Positions 26,235 through 38,469 are shown, counted from the stretch's first letter. The stretch: 64,000 bases of DNA from Utricularia gibba (GCA_002189035.1 NEEC01000004.1:310001-374000), one strand, 5' to 3'. Made by a program: numbers and translations. Notes: a model not told the origin generated them from the sequence alone.

Positions 26235-26485
26235 GGGCTTGTTTGATATGAGGTCATAAGATTGGTTTATGATAATTTTAATAAAATTGTATTATTTGAT
26301 ATGTTAGTATAATTATACTTTATATATGGGTATAATAATTATTATACTCATATAATATCCTTATATATAGATATATGTATAACTAAGGGAAGTATGAATA
26401 TTTTTATATCTACATATTTGGGTTTAGTTAAACCCAAATAATCTAAACTCATTAACAATTAAAACACATCAACCAAACAAAGTGC
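26235..26485. mobile_element. Degenerate Tourist/PIF-Harbinger-like MITE (about 250 bp)
   Basis: Left end GGGCTTGTTTGAT; right end CAACCAAACAAAGTGC (reverse complement GCACTTTGTTTGGTTG); TA on both flanks; very AT-rich non-coding interior. Confidence 0.5.
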
Positions 26486-27768
26486 TAGTATTTTGAGCAA
26501 GAGAAGGGGTTGTTACGCTGGTGGTTAGGACTGATGTGTAGTGAAATTATTGGGGGGTCCCAGTTAAGGCAATTTATGGGGTACGGTACGTGCGTGGGGG
26601 AGGGAAGGACAAGGGCAGCCCACTCATGTCTCCTCCTCCTGTTCCCAACGGGCAACAGGTGCAGTACCGGCACCCGACCCTCCTCGCATATATAAAATAA
26701 CTTGTAATTGATTCTAATTGAAGTGGGGAAATCTTTTTTTTTTTTTCACAGCCGCCGGGATGGGTTCGGAGTTACTGGGACAATTATCCCGGTTTCTGGT
26801 CGTATTTAGAATTCTAACAGAATGAAAAAACTATAAAAAGGAAACCCATTTCCCCATGCCGTTGAAGAAGAGGATGATCTGAAGGCTGAACAGATTCCCT
26901 CCCACCGACTGAGTATTCGCTCTACACCGTCCTTGGGGAGAGGTAAAAAGACACCCCACCCCAGGTGACTGCTCTTTGACTTGGGGTGTTCAAAAAGCAG
27001 TTCATGGAATTTTAAGGGTGGATGCCGTCGTACCAAAAAAGTCATTTATAAATTTTACTATCTTTTATTTTTTTATACCCTAAAATAAAATTGACTACTT
27101 TTTTCAAATACCACATACCACCAAAACCAACACAAAAAAACATCACACTGGGAGATAAAAGTGTGTGCCTGGAGGAGTTGAGTTGGGCGATCCAACACAA
27201 ATAATAGATATAATAATAACTAATGAGAATAATAGGGGAATTTTGAATAATAATAATAATAATAGCAAAAAGGCAGTTGTAGGTCAAAAAGACCTCAACA
27301 AGAACCCCCACCATAAGATGTCAAGCTTTTTGTCCACCCCCACTGTCCAAGGGATGCCCCAATTTTTCAAGCCATTTAAAAAATATATAATATAAAATAG
27401 TTTTTCATTTTTTCTTTTTTTAAAAGAAAATTCCCCTCTTCGGATATTTATTTGTAGCTTGTCATATTTCATTTACTTTCGGGGTCGTGTTGGGCTTTCT
27501 TGCGGTGTCGGCCCAATAAGCCTGGAATCAGTTTCAAGGATGTCCAGAACAACAAAAATGAGACAGACAGATGGGTGGTTGTCGGTTGATTAAGCAGTAA
27601 CACCTTTTCTTCTTCTTCTTGCTGTATAAACAGTTACATACAAACCACTGGTCACAACTATTCAGAGGGTTATTGATAATATTAAGAACCACGGTGCGGT
27701 TTCCCAGCAATCAAAAACTCACAAACCCACGACCCTCCCAACAAACAGAAGCTATCCAACAGATGGGG

Positions 27769-29894
27769 TCACCGGACTCTTCTCTGTGGTGCTTTGAACC
27801 GCAACCGGGATGGGGGAGATGGCGAAAACTCAACCGGAAGCTGTGGAGATACCAGGTCTCCGGCCAGCATACCGACCACCTCCTTCATGGAGGGCCGCTT
27901 GGAAGGTGATTTCTGCAGGCAGAGTAATCCCACTGTGATGCATAGCAGGGCTTGTTCTTTGTTCAGGGATTGGATCCTCTGATCCACCAAGTCGAGAAGC
28001 TTCCCGGTACGGGCAAGCTGTCGAGCCCACGACAAGAGGTTGGCTCGTTGGAACTCGGACATGGGGGAGCCGGTTACCTGAAGAGGCCTTCGCCCTGCAA
28101 TCAGAACTAATAACAGCACACCAAAGCTGTAGACATCGCACTTCTCGGATAAGTCATCGCCACCCCCGTATTCTGGTGCAATGTAGCACACCGTTCCTCG
28201 CATGCTTGGCGTGCTGCTGATGCCTCCACTTCGTGGAATCTCCCCGCTGATGGAATCGTAGCTATTCTTGCGTGCTCGCCACAGGTCACTGCTAAGACCA
28301 TCAAACCACCAGTCCGTGCTGCCTCTACTGTCTCTGCTCCTGCTCCTGTTTCTTTTCTTCTTTCGATCGGAGTAAAACTCGTCATCCCTCGCCCAACAGC
28401 CATCCGTGTTTTGATATTCCTTCATTAGTGCTTTTGTTTGTTTCTTCTTCTTTCTTTTCTTCCGCTCAAGCTCTTCACAGTACTCCTCCTTCCACCACTC
28501 TCTTGCAGGTCTTCTCTTTTCTTTCTTCGCATTCTTGTCATCATCCAATGACACCCACCAATCTAACTGTCTCCTTTCCTTCTTCTTCTTCTCCGGTTTT
28601 ACGAGTACTCTCGAGCTGGATGAAGCGCCAATACCATTACGACTCTCCCTCTTGATGTCACTCCCAATCCATTCCATCACATAGTCCTTAACTCTCCCTG
28701 GTTCACCATCTGGTCCATTGTCCTGCTTCCACCACCAATCCTTCCCTGCGATATTCTTCTTTGTCACTTTCTTCTTCCACACGCTCCTTTCAGTGGTACT
28801 CTCAACGTTTTCCCGATCAACATTCGGCTCGGAGATGATGATGCTTTTCTCTAATCCCTCAGAAGGCGATGCCAGTGCAGCAAGTGTTCTAGGAGACACG
28901 GCGGGTGCAGCTTCCGCTTCAGGCGATAGCTCGATCCCAGGGAAGGTCTCTGGAGAAGCCTCAATCCCAACTACTACACTCTCCGGTGACCTCTCGATAC
29001 CACCCAAGTTGTTAACTTCTTCAAAACCACTGGTTGTGATTACACTTTCAGTATCCTCGGCCACCGATCCATTATCCTCGACACCATTTCCATGTCCATC
29101 TCTCTTAATATCAGCTTCCACAACAACATTATCATCCGGCTTAAACCTCGCCAACCCGAAATCACCAATCTTGGCATTAAACCCCCCATCCAATAGAATA
29201 TTGCTAGGCTTAATATCACCATGAATAATTGGTGGATCACAGTAATGATGTAAATACTCCAATCCCTTAGCAACGTTAAGAGCAACCAAGAACCTCTTAT
29301 CCCAACTCCGTAATTCCTCAGAATTTTTGTGAAAGAGACAATCTTGAAGGCTACCATTATCCATAAGTTCATACACCAAAAGCATCCTGCGCCTCCTCGG
29401 ATCCGACGAAAAACCCATAACAGAAACTATGTACCTGCTATCGATCTTCGATGAAAAAAGCAGTTCATTTTGAAATTCACGCTCACCTTGCAAAGATCCT
29501 GAATCCATAACCTTCACCGCCACATGGGAAGAACTGTAAACCGATTCTTTCGGCAAATTGAGCCCCGATTTGAGCTCAGCACGGTAGACTGAGCCGAACC
29601 CACCCTGGCCCAATCGGAGGGCGGGCGAAAAATTAGCCGTCGCGCGGCGAAGCACAGAGTAGGAAACACTATGCGGAGGTTTCTTCGAATCCGTGTCAGA
29701 AGCCGAAGGAGCGGTGCGTTTCTTTCTGATCTTACGGAAGCAGAGGGTCAGCAACAACAAAAAAGAGAAGGCCGCCACTAAACCCCAGCCAACGGCGCAC
29801 CAACATCGTGGGTACGGCGATGGGATGACAACGACGACGGCGGCGGCGGCGGCAGCGGCAGCGGCGCATCAGAAAGGAGGCGTCGGTAAGGCAT
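27769..29894 (-). CDS. Receptor-like cytoplasmic Ser/Thr kinase, RLCK-XI type (At4g25390/At2g45590-like), intronless; apparent 1-nt frameshift near 29780-29786
   Basis: GQGGFG, VAVK, HGDIKPSN, DFG, about 310-aa insert, then TPSMRGTVCYIAPEY. Upstream ATG 29894 gives MPYRRLLSDAPLPLPPPPP...LAGV, 116 nt (one short of 3n) from the long ORF. Confidence 0.92.
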
Positions 29895-31414
29895 ATGCGA
29901 AAGCGTTGAAGGGGATATAGGTACAACAAACAGCTCACCAGAAGAGTTAATAGAGCGAAGAGGGAAAAGGTGAAATTAATGGAGGAAGAGACAGATGTTT
30001 TGTGAAAGAGAAACCATCAAAACCAAAGAGCGAGCAGCAGGAAGCGCCTCCATTGGATTTCAAGTCTCAACACCCCCCGGCCTCGAAGATTCTCCGCAAA
30101 TCCCCAGATCTCTGCATCTTCCATTTTTGGTCTGAAACCACCATTATCGTTTTCTCCTTCTGTGCTCTGCCCCCAAAATTAAAGCCCCTCTTCCCAAGTC
30201 AATTGCCCCCATTCCTCCTCTCCCCAAAAAAACCTAATTTTTAATGCGATTTACAGCTACAGAGGCCATGAATTATTGCGTGAGGTTGTTGACCCATAAA
30301 TACCTTCTACACTTCACATCACAAAATTGTTGCCTACTCAATTTTTATATATATTAATAATCAATTATGAATTAATCAATTTCTCCTATTGTATTTCTAT
30401 TACATACAATAGAATTTCCATACCGTTACTTTCTAACAAGATCCAAGAGCAATAATGGCCATATTCATGCACACGTGTGAATCCCATGACGACAAAAATG
30501 TTTGTTTAGTAAGAAAGAAAGCCAGTGATTATTAGGAAAGGGAAAAACATAAAAGCCCATTAATGGCGGAAGAAGCCCGTTCTCGAAGTTCAAACCAGAA
30601 GCAGGGGAGCGAGGAAAGACAACAGGGAAGCAAGATTTAAAAAGTACTGTTATTTTTGGCATTCGCCGGGAGGATTCAATTGCTGAAGGTGTGGGCGCCC
30701 GCCGTCTTTCCATATGATCGATCCAAACTCCGGTGGGGTTTTGTCTGGTCTTGGGGAGAACTCTAGATTTGGAGGCTTAAGTTTCAGAATCGTTCCCTTG
30801 TAGGGCGAGATTGCTGGGTGGTAAGAGGTTTTTGGTCGCCGTCCGCCGCTGGGTAACCAACGTGACGTTCTCCGTCTTAGGGAGGAGATCGCTGGATAAT
30901 TGAGGTCTGCGGGTTCTGACGACAGGTTCACCGGGAAAGTTTGGCGAATGCGGCGAGCTCTGTGGAGTGGAGAGACCGTCTCATCCACGACATACTTCGA
31001 TTTGAATAGTTTAGGAAGCTCCGTGTCTACCGCCATGTCGGACACTTACTGTGCGCCTTTACTGCGGCACCGGAGTCCCGCTCCATCTCCCCGTCAAGGC
31101 AAAGCATTCAATTCTCAATTCTGTAAATCATGCTCCACCATGTATATCTAAAAATTATTTATTTATGTGGATGTCATTTTCCTTAAAAAGTACTTTGGAT
31201 ATTATCAATTAGGATATGATTTTCCATGCTTAGATCACGAAAAGTAAATAGTTCTGCATCTCTGTGCCAAAAATTTCAACTGTTTGGAATTCATGTGCAA
31301 CTCTGTCCAAATTTGTGGGCAACGGTAATGGAGACGTTACTGGTAGTTTCTTAGACTCTGATGGAGGCCAGAACACTCTGCTTTGAGCAAACCAATGAAA
31401 AAGGCCACGTTGGT

Positions 31415-32490
31415 CTACTGGGGAACAGGAGGTGATGTGGCGTTCTGCATTCTTCCGTTTGAGTTTCTCAGCTCAGGCTCTCTGGGGGCATCTCGTGTTG
31501 CTCTTGGTGTGTCACAGCCTGAAGGGATTCTGGGTTGCCTGAGATTTGAAGTTTCGGAACTGCTCTTTAAGTTTTGTGGATGATGCCACCTGACCGGAAT
31601 TCGGGACCATTGAGGAGAATTCTGCGGTGCTGCTTTGATCACTCTCCAGGAAATGCTTGCTTCATTCCGAGAATACCACTTTTCCGGTGGTTGAAGAAGG
31701 ATATCACTACCTGATTCGGGTTTCTGGTGAGAAGGGATGATGCCTTTTGATATGCTGTCAATCTCGAATAAATCTGAACCGGAATCACCCTCATCGTCGT
31801 TATACGATTCAGAAAAGGGAAGTTGAGGAGGGTGCCTGACCTCTCCTCTTTTCTGTAAAGGTATTGAAAGCCATTGTTTCAGGGGTAGTCCCTGAATTCC
31901 GATTTCGTGGGTGAAAAGAGGAAAGCTGGGTATTTTCTGTTCCAAAACTTTGTCGTGGCGAAAAACTCGCCCAAAATTTTCCGATCTTTTGGTGCATTTG
32001 TCTGAAGAGACGTAATCATCATCTTCAGGGGAGTTGTTGTGTCCACAAGAAATGCTGCAGCAGATTGCACTAAGAATCTTCTTCTTGTGTGTTTTTCTGG
32101 CATGCAGTAACGAGCCTTGGCCGCTGCTAGTGGAGTCCCCTTCCACTGACCAAATGCGCAGTGCCTCCACTACTGGAGGTAGTGGCTTAGTTGCAGAAAC
32201 TCCCTTTCGCTCATTTTGAGGCATCGCACTTTTATTTGGACTGAAATTCAACCCCTCTTTCAAGTACTCTGCAGCATCAAATACATCGATTTCGTCGTCA
32301 TCATCAGTAGGGCTCTCTCCAGGAGGAGTGTGAGAATCCAGAGGTCCTCGCCATTTGGGATCCAAGTTGCTGCTCCAGACACGCATGAAACTTGAGAGAA
32401 CACACTGTTTTCAATGGTGTCACCTGCATTTGCGAGACTGCGTGCGCTTTGTCTTGGTGATGGAGCCAATGAGCAAACAGGCATAGACAT
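31415..32490 (-). CDS. PKS: PHYTOCHROME KINASE SUBSTRATE (PKS)-like protein, divergent, intronless; start at 32386, or at 32490 if one base is missing
   Basis: Motif order matches the PKS family: DDEIDVFDAAEYL (EIxVFxAExYF), ICCSISC, DSGSDLFEIDS, YSRNEASISW (YxPSEASIEW), IPSGCDTPRAT (LLGCKSxKAV). Confidence 0.7.
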
Positions 32491-32859
32491 TCTTCTGGAG
32501 AAAAAGCGAAGAAAAAATAGCAGAACCAATCACTAATCAAGATAAGGCATTACAAGGTCACATGAAATTGTTAGAAATGTGTAGCAGGTGGCAGTATCTA
32601 AAAGAGCCTCAACAACGAGGGGGAGATGAACCTTGATATGACTCCAGGACAGACCATTGACAGGTTACGTGTAACCTTCTAACCGATGGAAAAAGGTGAT
32701 TAGTAGTGGTACATGGTGATGGGAGTAATGATCAAACACAGACAACCACTCATCCCTTTCTTCTATCAAATGATTTTAGGTGTCTTTTCATGTCTTATTG
32801 GAGCATTTCGGGTGATTTTGTTAAATACCATTATCAGAACATATTTATTACTGATTTAC

Positions 32860-33725
32860 ATTTTACTCTTTAATTCATTTGTTCTTTACCTTTTTTAACA
32901 TTTTTTATTGGCATTTTACCTTAGTTATTCTTTTTCTTTGTATTTTACATTTTTTTTACATTTTCATTAATAATTTATTTTTAATACTCATCTATATTAG
33001 AAATTTATCTTTATTTTCATTTTTAAACTTTAAATTCTAAAATAATATTTCAAATTATAAGTTTAAATAATCTAAATCATAATCTTGAATTGAAACCTTA
33101 AAATCTGATATTATAACCTTAAACTAACTAAATCATAATAATAAAAATTATTTACGTTTATTTTAATCTCTAAAATTTAGAAAACCTTAATATTATATTA
33201 TAACTAAAATATAAATACTGAATTTAAATCTTCAATTGAAACTATAAAGTCTGAAAATAAACTATATTTTTAATAATATTAATGTATGAACCATAAATCA
33301 CTAAATTATAAAATATAATCATGAATTTCGAAAAAGTAATAGTATACTATTACTAAAGTATAAATACTTAATTTAAACTTTCAATTGAAATCTTAAATTC
33401 TGAAAATAAAATATATTTTTAATAATATTAATATATCAAAAAAATGTATCCAATAAATTTATTAAAACACAATATATAAAAAACTATAAAGATAAGATAA
33501 AATGAAAAAATAACTCTATTTTTGTTAATATTACAAAATTTGTATAAAGTTAACATAAATGAAAAAAGTTGAGGTATTTACCCATTTAATCTTTTAATTG
33601 AGGTAATATAAAAATAATGACAAAAGATAAGGTATATTACTAATTTTATTTAAAAACTCAGGTAAAATAATAATAAATTTAAAAAGTAAGGTAATATGAA
33701 AATGTTTTTAAAAAAGTAGAGTATT
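32860..33725. mobile_element. Extremely AT-rich element with degenerate long terminal inverted repeats and three internal units of about 148 bp (MULE/foldback-like, non-autonomous)
   Basis: T-rich left half and A-rich right half; attttaccttagtt (left) vs reverse complement of aactcaggtaaaat (right); internal AATTGAAA...TCTGA motif at 33088, 33234, 33383. No TSD found. Confidence 0.45.
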
Positions 33726-34535
33726 TCACTCATTTCCTCGGAGCATTTCACCTGGCATCCAGCCATTGGTGCTGAGGGAGAGTAGTCTTTGTATCTAAAC
33801 TGAAGGGGGATCAAGAAAGAGCCGGTATTAGAAAACAAGGCAATGCTGTCTTGAAACTCGGCCTTCCCAACGATGTAGAACAACAGATAACCGAGCTCTT
33901 GGAGACAGCCAAAATGCTGCACTGACTCCTCCAGCAAGGGATTGTGAATGCAGGACAAATTACAGATCGGAGGTAATGGCTGACTTTTGTGGCTGCGGCT
34001 AAGCTATCATCTCTCCGAGTCTCACCAGCAATACACACAAAGAAGTGCCTTTGGAAACTATGCTGGTTGTTGAGAGATGGTCCTTGTTGTTTACCTTGCA
34101 GTATCGTGAGTTTTGTGTATGAGTGGTCTCCTAAGGCTGTGCTTAGTTGTTGGCATCTAACCCTGTTTCACATTCAGCAGCACCATACATGATCTCAGGT
34201 TGACTTTCCTTTCTTGAAAGTGTTAACTTTAGAATTACAATCATGTTGATTCTACATGAGTTCACTCTCGTTGCTATATCATTCCTGTACCCCATATCTA
34301 AGATTTATAGCATCTGTGGTGCTGATCAGTGTGCTCTTGATCATCGTTCCTGATAGTAGTAAAAGATGAGGCGAAAAGTAAAAATTCCAGGGAAAAAGAA
34401 CACATATGGCATCAATGCTGTTAGCTGTACACCCAAAGGTTCAGAATCCACAAACAATCATTCTCCTTGACCCTTCCTTGTCATGCACAATGTCCTTTGT
34501 TGTTATTTGTATACCCCAAACCTTCAAATCTATCA

Positions 34536-36819
34536 TCACCAGCAAGAACACTTAGCAGCGCACAAGCATGAGCAGATTCTGCAGCGGCATGAACAGCTTG
34601 TGCAGCTGGGCTCAAAACATGCAGGCCTCCGGATGGTGCATTTCGGGTATCTGCATTTTAGCCAGCTCTTCAGACTCAACAAGCAGTTCTGGCAATTGGG
34701 GAGCTCCCAGTGGATCATCTTGGGGCATTTCATGCAGCTACACTTTGATCTCTTTTCAGATGCCGGAGGTGGTCGGTTTTTACTCAGCCGTAGTCGAGTG
34801 GTCATGCTCTCCATTTCTTTAACAAACCGGAAAAGATGGCGAATGTAATCGGAGTAGAGCTCCAAGTTGCAGTGGCCACCTCCCTTGATCCACAGGGGCT
34901 CGAAAGGCTCCCTTGCCATCTTCCACAGTCCATTTCCATGCATCCAGCTCACCACATCATCATCTGTTCCCTGAAGGTGGAGACCGAAATAAGCATGGAA
35001 CACGCATTCAAATTTGAGAAGCTACAAGGATCCCAATATAGCAGCAACTTACATGTATAACTAGCACAGGACATTTCACTTTCCGAATCTTCTTAACATT
35101 CTGCATTGTCAAACAAGCGCTTCAAGTAAAAGAAGCAATATGCTATCATAGAAATCCATCAGCTAATCATGGATGGCTAACAGATTGATAGATTGTGCTG
35201 ATTTCTACACATACTGACTACACTCCGTTATCATGAACAATTAAACCATCAGAAAAACATTCCATTTTACATCAGTGGCAATAAGTCATTCGCTTGTTGG
35301 GACAACAAACAGATCCAGGGCATCACCGAGTCCATGTCTGAGATCAGGCGACTTGCAAAAGCTTTTTGGAAGACACATACCTTGTAAATGTCACAACAGA
35401 GAGTGAACTTCACATGGCAGAGGACTCGGAGGCCAGAAAGGATGGCGCTATGCAGAACTACACCTCTCAATCTTGGGAGTTTGGCTGCTAGATGCAATGT
35501 TGGGCCACTCCCAACAGACTGCCCATATAGAATAAGATCCTCTTGGCTGACTCCATATTCTGTTTGAAGACACTCGTATACTGCTTCGATGTCGGCATAT
35601 GTGTTATACTCACTCGGCTGCACCTCATCAATAAAATTCAGTGTAAGCCAGCATCCCAAGTACTAGTTACAGACAACGCAAGCAGAGTGGTGGTATTGAG
35701 GATTGGAAGCATGGGAACAAACATGTCTCAAAATTGGGTTCAGCATTTTTTTTTCTGGAAGTTACTCGAGCAACATTTGAAACTGACGAAAGAAAAGGAT
35801 AATGCTTTGAAATAGAAATTATCTTAGAATATGAAGACATGTTGAGGTGATAGGATCATCACATTACCTTCCCAGTAGAAGCTCCATAACCGGAATAGTC
35901 GTATCTGCAACAAAAAAACAAGATATAACCATCAATAATCTCTCGAACCCACGAGGCACTGCTGCACTGAAGCATGGAAAGAGAAACATAGAAAAGGACG
36001 AAGGTAGCAGTTTAGAAAGAGGACAACAGGGAAAAGCGAATCACACTACACGTTTTCACAGTCCAATTATCACCGGTAAAATTATCGCCCACGACGTCCC
36101 AGCGTGAGAAGAATTACAGTCATAATTGAGTGGGAAGGTGAAAGAATTACTTGTACCCGTTAAAAAGCAATTATCCAATGGAGAATGTTAAAGTTCTGCA
36201 GTAAAGGAACGAATTGTTCTAAAAGTAGAGCTGTTTTGTCCCATCATGCTTGTAGCATTAGATCTAAAGAGCCCCCGTCATGAGAAGAACATACATCTTG
36301 GCACATCTCTCCCCCCAATTTCAAATTCTAAAGACCAAAAGAGTTCGCAGGTACAGGCAAATAAATGTTGGTGGGTGAGGCACAGAAGGGGACACAGACA
36401 CACGAACCAAAGGTACAGAAAGGCCTTCACCAAACGAAAAGATAAAAACTTGCAAAAAGAACCCATGATTTTCGAACAAGAACAGCCGTTGGAGCTAACC
36501 CAATAAGATTAACTCTGAGATTGGCTTTGAGTTGAACGTAGAGGTCATAAAGCTGGCCCAGATCAGCAGCATTTCCGTGTGAGTAAAGCACGGTGAGTCT
36601 CGCGTAGGAGTTCCGGAAGTAAAAAGCTACAATCTTGTTACCCCTTTTAGTCCGTATGGATAACACATCAAGAGAAGAATCATCTACCGCCAAGGGCCGA
36701 GATGAGGAAGTTGAAATGGCTACCAGAGTTCCATCGTCTCTTTTCTTGACCTGATAAGTGGGAGGTGAAGGTGGGAAGAAGGCAAATTTCGCTGCCAACT
36801 GAGACACCAAACACCCCAT
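34536..36819 (-). CDS. ABHD17: Alpha/beta-hydrolase domain protein 17-like (putative depalmitoylase) with Cys-rich C-terminal tail, 5 exons, 358 aa
   Basis: Exons 36819-36500, 35904-35868, 35617-35381, 35100-35053, 34970-34536 (1077 nt). AAKFAFFPPSPPTY, YSHGNAADLG, GQSVGSG nucleophile elbow, HGTDDDVV, GGGHCNLE. Confidence 0.95.
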
Positions 36820-36997
36820 AAACCTCAAATAAGAAAGATTCTTGCTTTCCTTAGTCGAAACACAACCAGTGGCAGCAAAACCAGTAACCCAGTTGAGTAT
36901 CGATGGTGAAAATGAACACCAAAACTCATGAATGCATGAGAGAGCTGGCTACAGAAAGGAACAGTATCGGGGAGGCGAAGGGTGGAAAATGGGAAAC

Positions 36998-37018
36998 AGA
37001 GAGAGAGAGAGAGAGAGA
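36998..37018. repeat. (AG)10 microsatellite, i.e. (CT)n in the ABHD17 5' leader
   Basis: Read directly from the sequence. Confidence 0.9.
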
Positions 37019-38469
37019 ACCGAGTGATGGGTAAAGTGAAATAATTAAAATGCACGAGAGAGATGTAGCAGCAGCAGTAGTAGTTATGGAACCCCCGTTA
37101 ATTAAGTGAGCTTTCTATAAGACATAAGATTTCACAGTCCAACGTTCCCACCCAGGAAGAAGACAATTCCTCAACCGAAAAAAAACTCAAACCTCTGTTA
37201 AAGTAAACTGAACCAGAGCTTAAGCTGGTCGGAATCTGGGATTTGAATCCACAAAAGAAAAAAAAGCTTTAGATTTCTAGATTTTGGATCATGATAATGA
37301 CAATAATAGAATGATGATTGTGTGGAAATCACCATAAGCAAAATTGAATGCAGAAAATGGTGGGGTCTGCGTGGGGTGAGGGACAGTGCAGAGAGCTGCA
37401 GACGGTAAACCTCTCTCCATCACATGGAAACACTGTCAGAATGGGATGGGGGTAAACCAACCCAAGAGCAAATAAAATAGAAAACAAAACCCAAGTTTCA
37501 AACAAAAGAGAAAACGTATTTATTGATTTGTGTGTGTTTGTGGGAGGGAGTGGGGGGCTTTCACTTGAAGAGGGCCTGGAGATGGAAAATGGCGAGACAT
37601 CAACATTTATGTCCCAGTAGGAACCCACGCCAAACATCCATCCCCGCTTCTTCACCAAACTCTCCGATTCTCTTATCTGGCATCATTTAGATTCTACTTC
37701 ATAAAAAAAAAAAGGGAATAACTGGATTCAACACACGATTGGGAATCATCTACATCTACCATATGTGTTTCAGAATGCTGCTGCTGCATACATCTTTTTG
37801 AAGTTGCAGTGCAGAACCTTTCATCCTCTCCCATGAATACGTACACCATGCGCTGAGCTGTGAAAGTTACTGCAGGGAAATAAAGTCACTGATTCCATAC
37901 AAAAGAAATTAAACCATAATGACTAATAAGATAAAGAAACATAGAGTGATGACACTTGAAACAAAAGAAGTAACCAGAGTTGAAGATTGAAAAACTGGTA
38001 CCGTACATGGAGCCCAAACGTTTGTGATATCAATGTGGTAACACAACACGTCACCAAGAACCAAAGATTTGCATAATTATTTTTCATTTTTCTCTCATAT
38101 ACTTAACTGAAAAGTTTTATATTTTATATTGAAGTTGATTATTTTTTATACACATATCATTAGATAATCAAATTTGTAGGGTTTTCTTGATAACACAACA
38201 AATCATTGATGGATTAGAATTAGAAAATCAAACTGTTATTGTAATCACAACACACACGTTGTTTATATTTTATAACAGTTTTTAATTTCACTATCTCCTA
38301 ATATTGTAATATTGTAGGATGCATTTTTTCGGAAAAGGGAAAATATAAAATCTTGAAATTTAAATGTACTAAAATAACAATATGATACAATTATATCTTA
38401 CCAAATTAATTATACATTTTAAAAATATATATAATATGTAATTTTCTGAAAACGTGGAGTATTAATGAG

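Noticed and set aside
33053-33440. Spaced repeats as a CRISPR-like array
   Set aside because: Units are long, degenerate and AT-rich without unique spacers, in plant nuclear DNA with no cas genes.
33918-33932. TGCACTGACTCCTCC resembling miR408
   Set aside because: Diverges after 15 nt and no upstream arm pairs well enough to form a precursor.
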